64,000 nucleotides of DNA from an uncultured Chthonomonadaceae bacterium (GCA_963817895.1 CAWFQB010000001.1:1248001-1312000); one strand, 5' to 3'; positions 8,942-20,232 are shown, counted from the first letter of the stretch. A program made the numbers and translations. Notes: generated by a model not told the origin, from the sequence alone.

Positions 8942-10375
8942 CTATTCCGGTAACGGCTTGCCTTTGGTTTCGGGCGCAAGCGCCAATCCCACAAATCCTA
9001 CGAGGTAGATAAAGGCCACGATGGAAGCGGCCATGCGAAAACCGTAATCGGGACGCGCGGCGTCCGCGAAATGTTGGGCCAGTTTGCCGAGCGTGAAGGG
9101 GGCAAGCGCGGCCAGAACGCGGGCGCAGTTGTAGGCGAAACCGCAGCCGGTGGCGCGTAATCGCGTGGGGAACAGTTCGGGAAAGAAGACCGTGTACGCG
9201 GCGAACGGGCCGAGCGTGCAAAAGCCCATGATAGGAACCAGAATCAGCAGGGAAGTCATGTTATGCGCCTGCCAGAATGTTAGTTGAATGGCGGCGAAAG
9301 CCAGATAGAAGAACATGGACAGAACGCCACGCCGCGTGTAGCGTTCGGCAAGCGTGGCGTAGGCATACATGCCGCAAAACGCCCCGGCCTGCTGCGTCAG
9401 AAACACGTAACTCTGATACTGCGCGAGGGTTTGTTTGGGCAGATTCAGGGGCGCCAGCGCCACTTTGGTCAGTTCCGGCGTCCAAAACGCAATTCCCCAC
9501 AAGCCGCCTACGCCCGCCGTCGCCATAAGCGTCGCGGCAATGGTATTACGGCGAATGACGGGATCGCGAAACAGATTTGGGATACCGCCGAGTTCCTGAC
9601 CTCCGGTTTGCCGCGCCGCGTCTTTGGCTTCCTGCCACTTTTCCGGCTCTTTTATGGATCGGCGTATCCACAGCACGAGCAACGCGGGTAACGCTCCGAC
9701 CGCAAACGCCCACCGCCACGCTTCTCCCGATATGTGAACGCTGTTGAGCGTGAGATTAATCAGCGCGGCAAACCCGTTGCCCACTGCGGAGAGCGCTTGC
9801 AGCAGTCCCAACGCCATCGGACGAGAACGGGAGGGGAATACTTCCGATACCAGAGCCGCGCCCGCCGCCCATTCGCCGCCAATCCCCAGCCCGGTCAGAA
9901 ACCGAAACAGGCCGAACATCGGAACGGTATGGGTCAGGCTGCTCAAGCCTGTAAATATGGAGTAGATGAGAATGGTGGCGATCATGGTGCGCGTACGGCC
10001 CATCCGGTCGCCCAACACGCCGAAGATAAACCCGCCCGCCGCCCAGCCGAGCAGAAAAATGGCGGTCATGTTCGCGCTGTTCTGCGTCACCAATGCCTGC
10101 TGCGCTTTAGTCAGCACTGTAGAAGGCGCAGTTCCAAACAACAGCGAGGTCAACGCGCTGTTGCGCACCAGATTGAACAGGTTCTGATCCATCGAGTCGA
10201 ACAGCCAGCCGAGCGCGGAAACAAACAGCACCAGCCAGGCGTAGCGCGGCACACCCTGATACCAGCGGGGGGCAAAGGATGAAGGATGAAGGATGAAGGA
10301 TGAATTCTCTCCTGTAATCTCCTCTTCTCCTTCTCTCCTTTTCTCCTTTTCTTCACTTTTACGCGGGTCGGCCAT
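8942..10375 (-). CDS. MFS transporter (aromatic acid/sialate:H+ symporter-like)
   Basis: LGWLFDSMD, GVLGDRMGRTRT motif A, FRFLTGLGIGGEW, PELFPTRLRATG, APETKGKPLPE; about 12 TM segments. Confidence 0.92.
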   Translation of the reverse strand: MADPRKSEEKEKRREGEEEITGENSSFILHPSSFAPRWYQGVPRYAWLVLFVSALGWLFDSMDQNLFNLVRNSALTSLLFGTAPSTVLTKAQQALVTQNSANMTAIFLLGWAAGGFIFGVLGDRMGRTRTMIATILIYSIFTGLSSLTHTVPMFGLFRFLTGLGIGGEWAAGAALVSEVFPSRSRPMALGLLQALSAVGNGFAALINLTLNSVHISGEAWRWAFAVGALPALLVLWIRRSIKEPEKWQEAKDAARQTGGQELGGIPNLFRDPVIRRNTIAATLMATAGVGGLWGIAFWTPELTKVALAPLNLPKQTLAQYQSYVFLTQQAGAFCGMYAYATLAERYTRRGVLSMFFYLAFAAIQLTFWQAHNMTSLLILVPIMGFCTLGPFAAYTVFFPELFPTRLRATGCGFAYNCARVLAALAPFTLGKLAQHFADAARPDYGFRMAASIVAFIYLVGFVGLALAPETKGKPLPE

Positions 10376-10534
10376 GATGTTCCTCGTTGAGCAGGCATTG
10401 GATAAACTTCTGCCGCTATGTTCATCGGACGCGCCCATTTTCCCTGCACAATTATAAAAAAGCATTAAGCGTTGAGTTCCGTTCCTCAACGCTTAATGCT
10501 CAATGTTCAATGCCTGATGCTCTGTACTAAACGC

Positions 10535-11359
10535 TCATCCCTCTTCCGCTCTCTGGCGTTTCAGGCGTTCGATGGCGGCGGCGCGAAGGTAGCTGCGGCC
10601 CGCGAATCTGCCTAACGCGCCGGGAAGCAGACTGTCAATGGCAAAGACGATGCGAACAGGGCGATACGGAAGCACTTCGGCGGGGGGATATTTCTGGCGG
10701 GCGGTGCGGACGATGCTGGCGGCAACCTGCTCCGGCGTCAACACCACCCCGCCGGGCTGATAGGTTTCGCCTTTCACGCTGTTGAAGAACTGGGTGCGGA
10801 CGGAAATCGGCAGAATTTCGCTGACGCGCACATTGTACTCTCTCGCTTCGATGCGCAATGCCTGCGTATAAGCGTGAACCGCGCCTTTAGAAGCCGAATA
10901 CGCCGATACGGTCGGACTGCCGAACCGTCCGGCTGCCGAGGTGACGTTGAGGATATAGCCGAAATTGCGGGAAGCCATGCCGCGCAACGCCTGCTGGCAC
11001 AGTTGATGCAGACCGAAAAAGTTTACTTCAAACACAAACCGGATGTCTTCCAGCCGCGTGTCGAGAATGGTCGCGCCCAATCCCACGCCCGCATTGTTGA
11101 CAAGCGTATCAATCGGTCCGGCTTCCGCTTCCAGCCGCTCCCACAAACCGTCAAGCTGCGCAGGCTGCGTCAGGTCGGCAACGGCGCAGGTCGCCTTCGC
11201 GCCCCCCTCGCGCAGCGAATCGCGAACGCTTGCCAGCGCCTTTGCCTGCTCGGAAACCAGAATCACATGCGCGCCCTGATTGGCGAACGCTCTGGCCGTC
11301 GCCTCGCCAATTCCCGAAGACGCGCCCGTCACCAGAACGCGCCGATTGCTTAAATCCAC
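10535..11359 (-). CDS. SDR family oxidoreductase
   Basis: TGASSGIG, LVNNAG, YSASK. Confidence 0.93.
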   Translation of the reverse strand: MDLSNRRVLVTGASSGIGEATARAFANQGAHVILVSEQAKALASVRDSLREGGAKATCAVADLTQPAQLDGLWERLEAEAGPIDTLVNNAGVGLGATILDTRLEDIRFVFEVNFFGLHQLCQQALRGMASRNFGYILNVTSAAGRFGSPTVSAYSASKGAVHAYTQALRIEAREYNVRVSEILPISVRTQFFNSVKGETYQPGGVVLTPEQVAASIVRTARQKYPPAEVLPYRPVRIVFAIDSLLPGALGRFAGRSYLRAAAIERLKRQRAEEG

Positions 11360-11383
11360 GATGGGTTGGTATCCTTATTGTGT

Positions 11384-11426
11384 CCCCCTCTCCCAGGCTT
11401 TTTTGGGAGAGGGTCGGGGTGAGGGC
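11384..11426. repeat. REP-like palindrome (CCCCTCTCCC...GGGAGAGGG...GGGGTGAGGG family)
   Basis: Same core as the copies at 13271-13382 and 23157-23395. Confidence 0.75.
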
Positions 11427-11570
11427 CAATTGTTTTGATTGTCTGAACAGCGCGGCAGACAGGAATCGCGAAACGGAGTTGCGAAGTCAGCCGTACTAGA
11501 TTATGGAACCCGCGCGATACCCGTTTCACTGCCGAATTGCGCGCGGCGCACTCATTGAGAGGAAAAGGCT

Positions 11571-11744
11571 ATGTCTGACTGGATTAAGTGGATTCTCGCG
11601 TTCGTGCTGATCTGGGTTGTGGGCGGTATCGTGATTCACCTGCTGGCCGGGTTGGTTCATATCGCGATTACGCTGGCCGTAATTGTTCTGTTCTGCTATA
11701 TCGTTTACGCGGTGGTTCGCGCCGCGTCGAGGCAGAAGATATAG
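11571..11744 (+). CDS. Small two-helix membrane protein (57 aa)
   Basis: Below the ORF-track cutoff. GAGAGGAAAAGG RBS; MSDWIKWILAFVLIWVVGGIVIHLLAGLVHIAITLAVIVLFCYIVYAVVRAASRQKI. Confidence 0.75.
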   Translation: MSDWIKWILAFVLIWVVGGIVIHLLAGLVHIAITLAVIVLFCYIVYAVVRAASRQKI

Positions 11745-11824
11745 GTTGTTAGTTGTTAGGTTGTCAGGCAGGAAAGCGCGAGCCTATCGCCTGAATGACT
11801 AACAACTAACAACTAACAACCTGT

Positions 11825-12574
11825 TTACCTCACCAGAACTACCGGACACGCCACACTCGCAACCTCGGCTTCGGATACGAGAATGGGGATATGGGGCAGG
11901 GGGTCTATGCGGGCGCAGTAGCCAACATCGTCCCCGAAACCCCGGTTCGCGAGCGTTTGCGCGTGAATGCCCTCCATCCAACCCCGCAGCAGGTTCGGCT
12001 CCGTTTGCCACAGGCGGCGGGCGGCAATAGCCGAATCCGCCAGAACGGGCGCTTCCCACGCGCCTGCCATTCCCACAAGCGCTTCCACATACAACCCCGC
12101 TACGGTCGCGTCTTCCAGCGTGAATTGGTCGTTGGTTCCCGAACACACCAGTACGATGTCACTGCCCGATTCCTGCGCCGCCTGCCACGCGGCGCGAGCA
12201 ACCGCCATACGATTAATGGCCGCGCCCAAAAACACTTTGCGGGCATTGGCAACCATCGCGGTGGCTTTCGTGCCGTTCGTAGTGGAAAGCGCGACGGGAC
12301 GACCGGCAAAGTCCTCCCGCGCGAACTCGACCGGCGAGTTGCCGTAATCGAAATCCGGCACTTTGTAGCCCTCGGTTTCGCCGCACAGCGCGAATCCCTG
12401 CGCGCGGGCAAAACTCCGCGCCGCTTCATGGGACGCCGCCACATACACGCGGGGACACTGCCGCTCGAACAGTGTGGCAATCACCGTCGTCGCCCGCAGC
12501 ACGTCAATCACCACGCACACACATTCAGAAACATCCCCCGCCAGTTGCGGCAGCAGGGCAACGCGGATTTGCAT
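11825..12574 (-). CDS. comB: 2-phosphosulfolactate phosphatase family
   Basis: VVIDVLRATT, LCGE, FDYGNSP, STTNGT, FTLED. Confidence 0.9.
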   Translation of the reverse strand: MQIRVALLPQLAGDVSECVCVVIDVLRATTVIATLFERQCPRVYVAASHEAARSFARAQGFALCGETEGYKVPDFDYGNSPVEFAREDFAGRPVALSTTNGTKATAMVANARKVFLGAAINRMAVARAAWQAAQESGSDIVLVCSGTNDQFTLEDATVAGLYVEALVGMAGAWEAPVLADSAIAARRLWQTEPNLLRGWMEGIHAQTLANRGFGDDVGYCARIDPLPHIPILVSEAEVASVACPVVLVR

Positions 12575-12583
12575 AAAAACTCC

Positions 12584-13191
12584 CTACTTCATCCTCTTCA
12601 ACTCCCGCTGATAAAACTCCACATTGCGCGGGTCCCAGCACCAGAGATGGACGGTTTTTAAGACGCCCCGGCACGATTTCAGCGCGTCCACAAGGGTAAA
12701 CGCAACGATTTCTGCGGTTTCGGCGCGCTGTTGGGCGGTAATCCAGTTGGGCTGCGCCAGCAGGTTTTCGGTCATATCGGGCAAAATCAGGCCCGTCGCG
12801 CCCTTTTGGGCGGCAAGCTGCGCGCCCCGGCGTACCGCCTGCCGGATCATGTCGGGACTGGTACGCTTGTTGTTATCGAACACAACGGCAAGCACGGTAT
12901 GGCGATAACGATACTTTGCGCCCGTGCCAATGAAAGCGTCGCCGGGCTGAAGCGGGGCCACTTTCAGGGCTTCATGCTGCGCAATGTCCGCGCCCCAGTC
13001 CCGCGCCATTTTCGCGATGCCGAATACCATGCGCAGGTCGGGCGCGACGGGGACAAGCAGGGCGTTATTTTGAAACAGCGTGTTGCCGATCATAAAGGGC
13101 AATTTACGTTGCGCCACAAACAGGTTGACGTTCAGGTCGCCCGAACGGGCGCGCGCGTGGTCGGCTGAATAACGGCCTGCGGGGCAATCAT
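12584..13191 (-). CDS. Divergent macro-domain protein (start uncertain; probable frameshift near 13155)
   Basis: Macro-like spacing: LVPVAPDLRMVFGIAK...APLQPGDAFIGTG...TVLAV...LILPDM. Confidence 0.6.
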
Positions 13192-13270
13192 CTCGCGCCG
13201 GACATTCTCCACCGAACCCGTCGGTATAAGGTGCTTCAAAGGCGAGGCCATACAATCTCCTTGTTATAGT

Positions 13271-13382
13271 AGCCCTCACCCCCGGCCCCTCTCCCAACTT
13301 TGGGAGAGGGGTGACTGTGAACAGGCAAATTCAGCATATTAGCCTTCTCCCAAAGTTGGGAGAGGGGCCGGGGGTGAGGGCT
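13271..13382. repeat. Inverted pair of REP-like palindromes
   Basis: AGCCCTCACCCCCGGCCCCTCTCCCAACTTTGGGAGA ... TCTCCCAAAGTTGGGAGAGGGGCCGGGGGTGAGGGCT. Confidence 0.85.
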
Positions 13383-13389
13383 TGAATAA

Positions 13390-14010
13390 TTAAACTGTAC
13401 CAAACAGCCGGTCACCGAAATCCCCGAGACCGGGCAGAATATAACGCTTTTCGTTTAGTTCGCGATCCAGGGCGGCGGTGACGATGCGCAGGTCGGGAAA
13501 CTCCGCTTCCAGATACTTCACGCCTTCGGGCGCGGCCACCATGCACAGCAATTGCAACTGTGACGCGCCCGCGTCCATCAACTGCCGGACGGCGGACGCG
13601 GCGGAACCTCCCGTCGCCAGCATCGGGTCGAGCAGCAGCGTGGTACGGCCTTGCAGGGGAGGCAGTTTACAATAATACGCGCTGGCAATGGCTGTCGTCT
13701 CATCGCGCTCCAGCCCCACATAGCCGACAGTCGCTTCCGGCAGCAGTTCCAGAACCGCGTCCAGCATCCCCAATCCCGCCCGCAACACGGGAACGGCCAC
13801 CAGTCCGGTATCCAGCACTTGCATTTCCGTATCTTCTAGCGGCGTCCGAACGATTTGCGGGCGCGTGGGCAGATAGCGCGTGGCTTCCACCACCAGAATC
13901 TGCGTCAGGGCGCGCGTCAGGGTACGGAAATGTTCGGGAGGCGTGGTTTCATCCCGCAATTGCGCCAGCAGATGCCCGCCCAGCGCATGTTCCAAAACGG
14001 TCAGGGGCAT
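13390..14010 (-). CDS. upp: Uracil phosphoribosyltransferase
   Basis: VPVLRAGLGM, LLDPMLATGGS, YILPGLGDFGDRLFGT. Confidence 0.96.
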   Translation of the reverse strand: MPLTVLEHALGGHLLAQLRDETTPPEHFRTLTRALTQILVVEATRYLPTRPQIVRTPLEDTEMQVLDTGLVAVPVLRAGLGMLDAVLELLPEATVGYVGLERDETTAIASAYYCKLPPLQGRTTLLLDPMLATGGSAASAVRQLMDAGASQLQLLCMVAAPEGVKYLEAEFPDLRIVTAALDRELNEKRYILPGLGDFGDRLFGTV

Positions 14011-14119
14011 AGGAAACTCCAGAGTAGATGGGTAGATGGGTAGATAGGTAGATAGGTAGGAGCCTTGCATAAGATTGTCTGGCTTAATATAAAGTAACGA
14101 ACAAGCGCCATCTACCAAT

Positions 14120-14788
14120 CTACTCATCTACCCATCTACTCTCCTTCAGCAACTCCTGAATCGCTTCCATAATCCGCGCGGCGATTTCATTGCGCGGCAT
14201 ATCGGCGGGGAAGGTCAGCGGCTTGCCGAAGGCGACGGTGAGCCCCGCGCGTTTCAATTTGTTCTGGCCGACGGGCATCATTTCATACGTGCCGGATATG
14301 CCGACCGGCACGACGGGCGCGCCGCTTTTCTGCACAAGCAGGCCGATTCCCGCCTGTGGGGCCTGCAATTCGCCGTTGGGAGAGCGCGTTCCTTCCGGGA
14401 ACAGTCCCACCGCTTCGCCTTTTGCCAGCAGATCCAGAACGGCGCGAATCATAGCGCGGTCTGCCGTGCCGCGCTTGACCGGAATCGCGCCAATGCAGTT
14501 CATAAAATAGCGGGTGAGAGGATTCTGCCACAACTCCACTTTGGCGACGCCCCACATTTTACGCTTGACCCGCAACGTGGCCCAGCCCAAAACAGGGTCT
14601 ATGTTACTGGCATGGTTGGCCGCGAAAATTACGGCGCCCGATGCCGGAACATTTTCCAGCCCGACCACTTTGCACTTGCCGTACCACCCGAAGAAGCCCC
14701 GCGCCGCTGCAGCAAATACATGGTGCATCACAGCCATGTCCGGGCGCGGCGTCAGGTTTACGGTATATTCCGGCGCGCTTTTAGTCAA
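14120..14788 (-). CDS. plsC: 1-acyl-sn-glycerol-3-phosphate acyltransferase
   Basis: NHASNID, FPEGTRS, PVVPVGISG. Confidence 0.88.
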   Translation of the reverse strand: MTKSAPEYTVNLTPRPDMAVMHHVFAAAARGFFGWYGKCKVVGLENVPASGAVIFAANHASNIDPVLGWATLRVKRKMWGVAKVELWQNPLTRYFMNCIGAIPVKRGTADRAMIRAVLDLLAKGEAVGLFPEGTRSPNGELQAPQAGIGLLVQKSGAPVVPVGISGTYEMMPVGQNKLKRAGLTVAFGKPLTFPADMPRNEIAARIMEAIQELLKESRWVDE

Positions 14789-15471
14789 CCCTCAACCCTC
14801 GACTTGTTTCAGTATACGCTGCGACGACCTGCGCAATGCTCAACCCGTCCGTATTCAGCAGGATGGCATCGGCGGCGGCAATCAAGAGGCGAGTCGGCTC
14901 GGTGGCTGTCACGATTATCGCGTTCGCGTTGTTCCGCCAGTGTTTGCGCGTAGTCTACGGTCATGCCTTTGGCTTGCAGGTCTTCCACGCGCCGCCGCGC
15001 CCGCTCCTCATCGCTGGCTGTCAGGAAAATCTTCACCTGCGCGTCGGGAAAAACTACCGTGCCGATGTCGCGGCCCTCCAGAACCACGCCCCGCGCATCT
15101 GACTGCCCCAATCGCCGCTGCTGCTCCACAATCACGCGGCGCAATGCCGGAAACGCGGAGATAGTTGACGTAATGCTGCTGACGTGGGGCGTTCGTATCG
15201 CGTCGGTTACGTCCTCGCCGTCCACCTGCACCGTTTGCCGCATATCCGGAGTCAGGACGGAAAATTGCAGGTTCAATGATTGCGCCAGACTTGCCAATGC
15301 TTCAGCATCGGTTATATCCACGCCGGTTTGCAGCGCTTTCCACGCCACGGCCCGGTACATCGCGCCCGTATCAATGTATGTTAAATGCAGGGCGGAGGCT
15401 ACGCGCCGCGCAACCGTGCTTTTGCCGGCTCCCGCCGGTCCGTCAATGGCAATTGTCAGGGGCATCGCCAC
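14781..15471 (-). CDS. cmk: Cytidylate kinase (frameshift near 14880, likely sequencing error)
   Basis: IAIDGPAGAGKST, YIDTGAMYR, VLEGRDIGTVVFPDA; the alternative frame gives SPLIAAADAILLNTDGLSI. Confidence 0.93.
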
Positions 15472-15700
15472 TCCTGAATGGGTTCAACTCACAGCTCAAA
15501 AGAATCATTCGCATTTGATGAAAACTGCACAGGATTATAACATATTCGGCGCGAAAATAACAGCGAGCATCCAGCTCTGGATTGGCTGAAGTCTCGATTT
15601 TGTTGTACCCTGCTGTACTCTGTTGTTATTTCTTGTTTTATGCTCCCTTACTTAACCCGGCGCGGGTGCAGCAATTTTTGCCCAAAGGAGCATTTTCATT

Positions 15701-15910
15701 ATGCGCCCTATTGTGACCCCCTCCCAAAAAGCGGCTTCCGCGCTCCGCCGCGCCGAAAAAGCGCTTCGTAACTGGCAGGACGACCCTGACAGCCCGCGCA
15801 GCGATGTAGACAAGATGCTGCATATCATGGCTGACCTGTGCGCGTGGACGCAGGGCCATGTCTTAGCCGATCTGGATCGCGCTCGGGAACGGGCGCGTGA
15901 CCCGGATTAA
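15701..15910 (+). CDS. Hypothetical 69-aa helical protein
   Basis: AAAGGAG upstream; fills the gap between cmk and the next gene. Confidence 0.5.
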   Translation: MRPIVTPSQKAASALRRAEKALRNWQDDPDSPRSDVDKMLHIMADLCAWTQGHVLADLDRARERARDPD

Positions 15911-15962
15911 ATTCAGTCCGCGAAATTTGATAGAACTGGAAAGTTTCGAGAGGATTGTGCTG

Positions 15963-18076
15963 ATGCCGTTTCCCGAAGATTATACGGAGCGCGTTTATGC
16001 GGGCGTGTTGGGCAAATTGATCGGCGTGTATCTGGGCCGTCCGTTCGAGGGCTGGAGCTACGAGCGGATCATGGCCGAGTTGGGCGAAGTCTGGTACTAC
16101 GTCCATGAGAAGCGCGGGACGCCCCTGATTGTCACGGATGACGATATATCCGGCACGTTCACGTTTCTTCGCGCCCTGCCCGACTACGCCAATTCGCCCG
16201 ATTTGACGCCCGAACAGATCGGGCAAACGTGGCTCAACTACATCATCGAAAACCGCGCCATTTTGTGGTGGGGCGGCATGAGCAATTCTACCGAACACAC
16301 GGCTTTTTTGCGCCTGAAGTCGGGCATTCCCGCGCCCCGTTCCGGCAGCATCGGCCTGAACGGACAGACCGTTGCCGAGCAGATCGGGGCGCAGATTTTC
16401 ATTGACGGGTGGGGCATGGTTTGTCCCGGCGACCCGGAACGCGCAGCCGATTTCGCCCGTCGCGCCGCCGGCGTCAGTCACGACGGCGAGGCCATTTACG
16501 GGGCGCAGGTTGTGGCCGCGATGGAAGCGCAGGCGTTTGTCGAATCGGATATAAACGCGTTGCTGGATACCGCCGTCCGTCTGATTCCGCGCGACTCGGT
16601 TATTTATCGGCTGATTGCCGACCTGCGCGAATGGCATGACGCGGAACCCGACTGGCGCAAAACACGAGAAAAGATCGTGGCGCGATACGGCTACGACAAA
16701 TATGGCGGCAACTGCCATATCGTCCCCAACCACGCGCTCATTATCCACGCCCTCCTGCACGGCGAAGGCGATTTCCAAAAATCGCTGATGATCGTCAATA
16801 CGTGCGGGTGGGATACGGACTGCAATTCCGGCAACGTGGGTTGCCTGCTCGGTATCCTCAACGGATTGGCAGGCATTGACGACGGCCCCAATTGGCGCGG
16901 GCCGGTTGCCGACCGAATGTACCTTCCCACCGCAGACGGCGGAAGGTGCATCACGGATGCGGTTCAGGAAACCTACCGTATCGTCAACATAGCCCGCGCC
17001 TTGCAGGGGGAACCGGGAGTTACGCCCAAGAACGGCGCGCGTTTCCATTTCAGCCTGCAGGGAAGCGTACAGGGTTTTCAGCCCGAAGACAGCCCTGAGT
17101 GTCGCAGAGTGGTTTCTGTGGGTAATACGGATTGGACTCAGGAGAGCCGGAGGGAAACCAACCGTCTTGAATTGGACTTTGCTTACCTCGCCCCCGGACG
17201 CGCCGCCCGCGTCGCAACTCCTACGTTCATCTTGCCTTCTGAGGCGAATATGAGCGGCTATGGGATGATTGCCTGCCCGACCCTGTACCCCGGCCAGACA
17301 ATAAAGGCCGCGCTGCATGCGGAATACAATGACCAATCCCCCCGTCAGGTCAACGGACTGTCTTTACATCCGCGTCTATGACAAAGACGACAAATTACAG
17401 CATGTTTTTGGACCAGAAGAGGTGTTGACCGCTGGCTTTGATACTCTGCTGCAATGGCAAGTCTCCGATACAGGCGGCTTTCCAATTGCCGAAGTAGGTA
17501 TTCAGCTTACTGCCGCAGAATGTGTATTCGGTCAGATGCTCGTAGATTACCTTACGTGGGATGGCGCGCCGAACTTCACGCTGGAACGTCCACCCGGAAA
17601 AATGGCAAAACAGCAGTGGGCGAACGGCGTGGATCATTTCGAGACGCCGGAGGGGGAGGGATTTCGGCTGATACAGGACAGGGGAACGGGGCTGATTATT
17701 CATGGAACGCGGGAGTGGACGGATTACGAAGTTTCGGCGGCAATCACGCCGCACAGCGTAAAGTCGTGCGGGCTTGCCGCGCGGGTGCAGGGCTTAAAGC
17801 GCTACTACGCGCTGCTGCTTGGCAGCGACAACAGAGCGCGATTGGTGAAAGCGCTGGATGGCGACACGGTTCTGGCCGAAATGGATTTTCCGTTGCAAGT
17901 GGGCAGGCAATATGAGTTGAGTCTGCGGGTTACGGGAAATCGGATTCGGGCGGGCATAGACGGCGCGGCAGTGTTCGAACGTGGAGGATGGGGAACGGCC
18001 TTTGTTGGAGGGAACCATTGGGCTGGTGTGCGAGGAGGGACGGATGGCGGCGCAATGGGTGAAAGTGCAGCCGTAG
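15963..18076 (+). CDS. ADP-ribosylglycohydrolase family protein with C-terminal beta-rich domains (frameshifts near 17350 and 17980)
   Basis: GVLGKLIG, TDDDISG, GAQIFID, SHDGEA, GWDTDCNSGN; continues as WTDYEVSA...GLAARVQG...IGLVCEEG. Confidence 0.85.
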
Positions 18077-18251
18077 TGTCACGCAATGGATGGCAAGCCC
18101 GTGTTGTATTATGAGCGTAATGGGGCAGAACCCGGCGCGTTACAGCGTTTCATCGCCGTGTATTGTTGCTATCTCCGCAGGGGCAGGCTTTTCAAATCAG
18201 TCGCAACAAGAACCGCGCCTGCTCGTCTTGTCCTGTAAAGGAGGGCTAAGA

Positions 18252-20144
18252 ATGGCCTGCCGAACGTTCCGAATGTGGATACCATTTTTACCGAGTCTGT
18301 CCTGCGCGTCGTTGGGGTTGCTCTGGGGGTTCTCTGCAATACCTGCGCAAACCGCTTCCTCCGCTCCGCAAATCAAGCCTGTACCGCCTGCGCCCGCGCT
18401 TTCTCTTGCTGACGACGTTCGCCTGAATGTTCCTGTCGGCGTTCAGGCGAACGGCATTGAATTGCAGGAGTTGCTTAAACAGGTAAGCCCGTCGCCCCTT
18501 ACTCTCAAAGCAGACCGTTTTTGCGCCGGACAGAAAATCCAACTCAGCCTGCATCCGCGCCCTCTGCGCCAGTTGATGTACGCGCTTGCCGAACTGCTGC
18601 CGGGAACGTGGCGGACGCTTGATGACAAAAGCGGCTATATCCTGCGTATGTCACCTGCTGCCGTACAAAGGCGGGAAAAGTGGTGGCGGATATTTGAGCA
18701 GGAGCGCGAACAGGAGATTGCCGCCCTCCGCGCCGCCGTCCTTGCCGCCATGCGTACCCCGCCGTACCGGCGCAAACCCGGCGAACCCGATTCCGAACAC
18801 GCCAATCCACAGATAGAAGCGCAGATTGCCGCTGAACACAGTTTTTTCAACGTTCTGGCGCCCGAACAGCAGGAGCGCATCGCCAACAGCCTGAACGACA
18901 TACCATTGAACAGCGGGGGTGGCGACATGGGGTTTGGCGAGGAGGAGGCCGTACAGATCGCGTTTACCGATCTGCCGCCCGCCGCGCAGGAGATACTGCG
19001 CAAAGACCCCGGCAACAGCCTGTTCGCGTCGCGCCGCAATGTTGACTGGAATATGGTGACGGTGCGCTTCGATAATACCGGCAGCAATGTTGCCGGCAGC
19101 ATCGCCCTGCCCAACGGAGAAGCCTCCATGGGGCAGGCGCTGCGCGTTCCGTTCGAGCAATCGCTCACGCTCGGCATTGACCACCGAAATCTCGCCTATT
19201 CCGCCCATCTTCTGGAACGCGCCGCGCCCAAAACTCTGAAGCGGTGGCCGGAAACGTGGAAACAACTGCTGACTTACCAGAACAGCCGCGTGTGGCCCAA
19301 TGACGCGCCCCTGCGTCCGTCGCGCCTGTCGCCGCCGCATCGTTCGGATGTGCTGCGTAAAATCAGCGCGCAAACCGATATAGAGTTTGTAGCCGATTAC
19401 TATTCCAAATCCGGTCTTCCAATTCAACTGGATTTCGCTTACGCCGCATCAGCGGCAAAAGGACCGATTTCCGCCCACGCGCTGAAAACCGCGCTTGACG
19501 ATGCCGCCGCGCTGGAGGATATGAGCTGGAAGCGGGAAACGGGCGGGCTGTACCTGTTTCGTAACAATCGCTGGTATCGGGACGATCTGCTGGAAGCGCC
19601 GGACGCGCCGGTAAAGCGGTGGATGGCGGAGCAGGCGAAGCCGGACGCGGAACAGCGCCGCCGCGCCTGGAAAACGGAGTGGACGCCACAGTACATTCGG
19701 GCGCAGATGGATTGGGAGGCGGATGTGGTTTCCAATCTAAGTCTGTGGCAAATCGGCATTGGTCTGCATTGGACGGCGAATGAGGATTACCTTGCTACGC
19801 TGCAAACCTTTGCTTCTACGGATGAGTGGTCTTCCCGTTTTATGCGGGCGTTGACGTTCCAGAGAGAAACGGCGCGTATTCTGGGCGAGTATCATACCAC
19901 GCGGTTTTATGCCGGTCTGGGCAGCGAACAGCGCGACGCCATCATTGCCAATCGCCTGCCCTTTACTTCCCTGACGCCCGCGCTTCAGCAGCAGGCAGCG
20001 GCCCTGTCGCCGCGTCTTCGCGCCCTGCTTACATCGGGCGCGGCCCCTGTACTGTTGGGGTTAAACTCCAACATCGGCAAAGAGCCGACAGACCCCAACA
20101 ACATGCCGCGCGTTCGCCTGACGGCGGTTGCCGTGCCGCCGTAA
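18252..20144 (+). CDS. Hypothetical exported protein
   Basis: AAGGAGG RBS, signal-peptide-like N-terminus, long open frame; no recognisable catalytic motif. Confidence 0.7.
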   Translation: MACRTFRMWIPFLPSLSCASLGLLWGFSAIPAQTASSAPQIKPVPPAPALSLADDVRLNVPVGVQANGIELQELLKQVSPSPLTLKADRFCAGQKIQLSLHPRPLRQLMYALAELLPGTWRTLDDKSGYILRMSPAAVQRREKWWRIFEQEREQEIAALRAAVLAAMRTPPYRRKPGEPDSEHANPQIEAQIAAEHSFFNVLAPEQQERIANSLNDIPLNSGGGDMGFGEEEAVQIAFTDLPPAAQEILRKDPGNSLFASRRNVDWNMVTVRFDNTGSNVAGSIALPNGEASMGQALRVPFEQSLTLGIDHRNLAYSAHLLERAAPKTLKRWPETWKQLLTYQNSRVWPNDAPLRPSRLSPPHRSDVLRKISAQTDIEFVADYYSKSGLPIQLDFAYAASAAKGPISAHALKTALDDAAALEDMSWKRETGGLYLFRNNRWYRDDLLEAPDAPVKRWMAEQAKPDAEQRRRAWKTEWTPQYIRAQMDWEADVVSNLSLWQIGIGLHWTANEDYLATLQTFASTDEWSSRFMRALTFQRETARILGEYHTTRFYAGLGSEQRDAIIANRLPFTSLTPALQQQAAALSPRLRALLTSGAAPVLLGLNSNIGKEPTDPNNMPRVRLTAVAVPP

Positions 20145-20232
20145 AAGGCTCTTTGCCTGTAGCATTTTGTCAATCTATCGAGTATACTGTTCGATATACG
20201 ACTTTGTAAACGAAAGGCTGAACACCGCTTTT

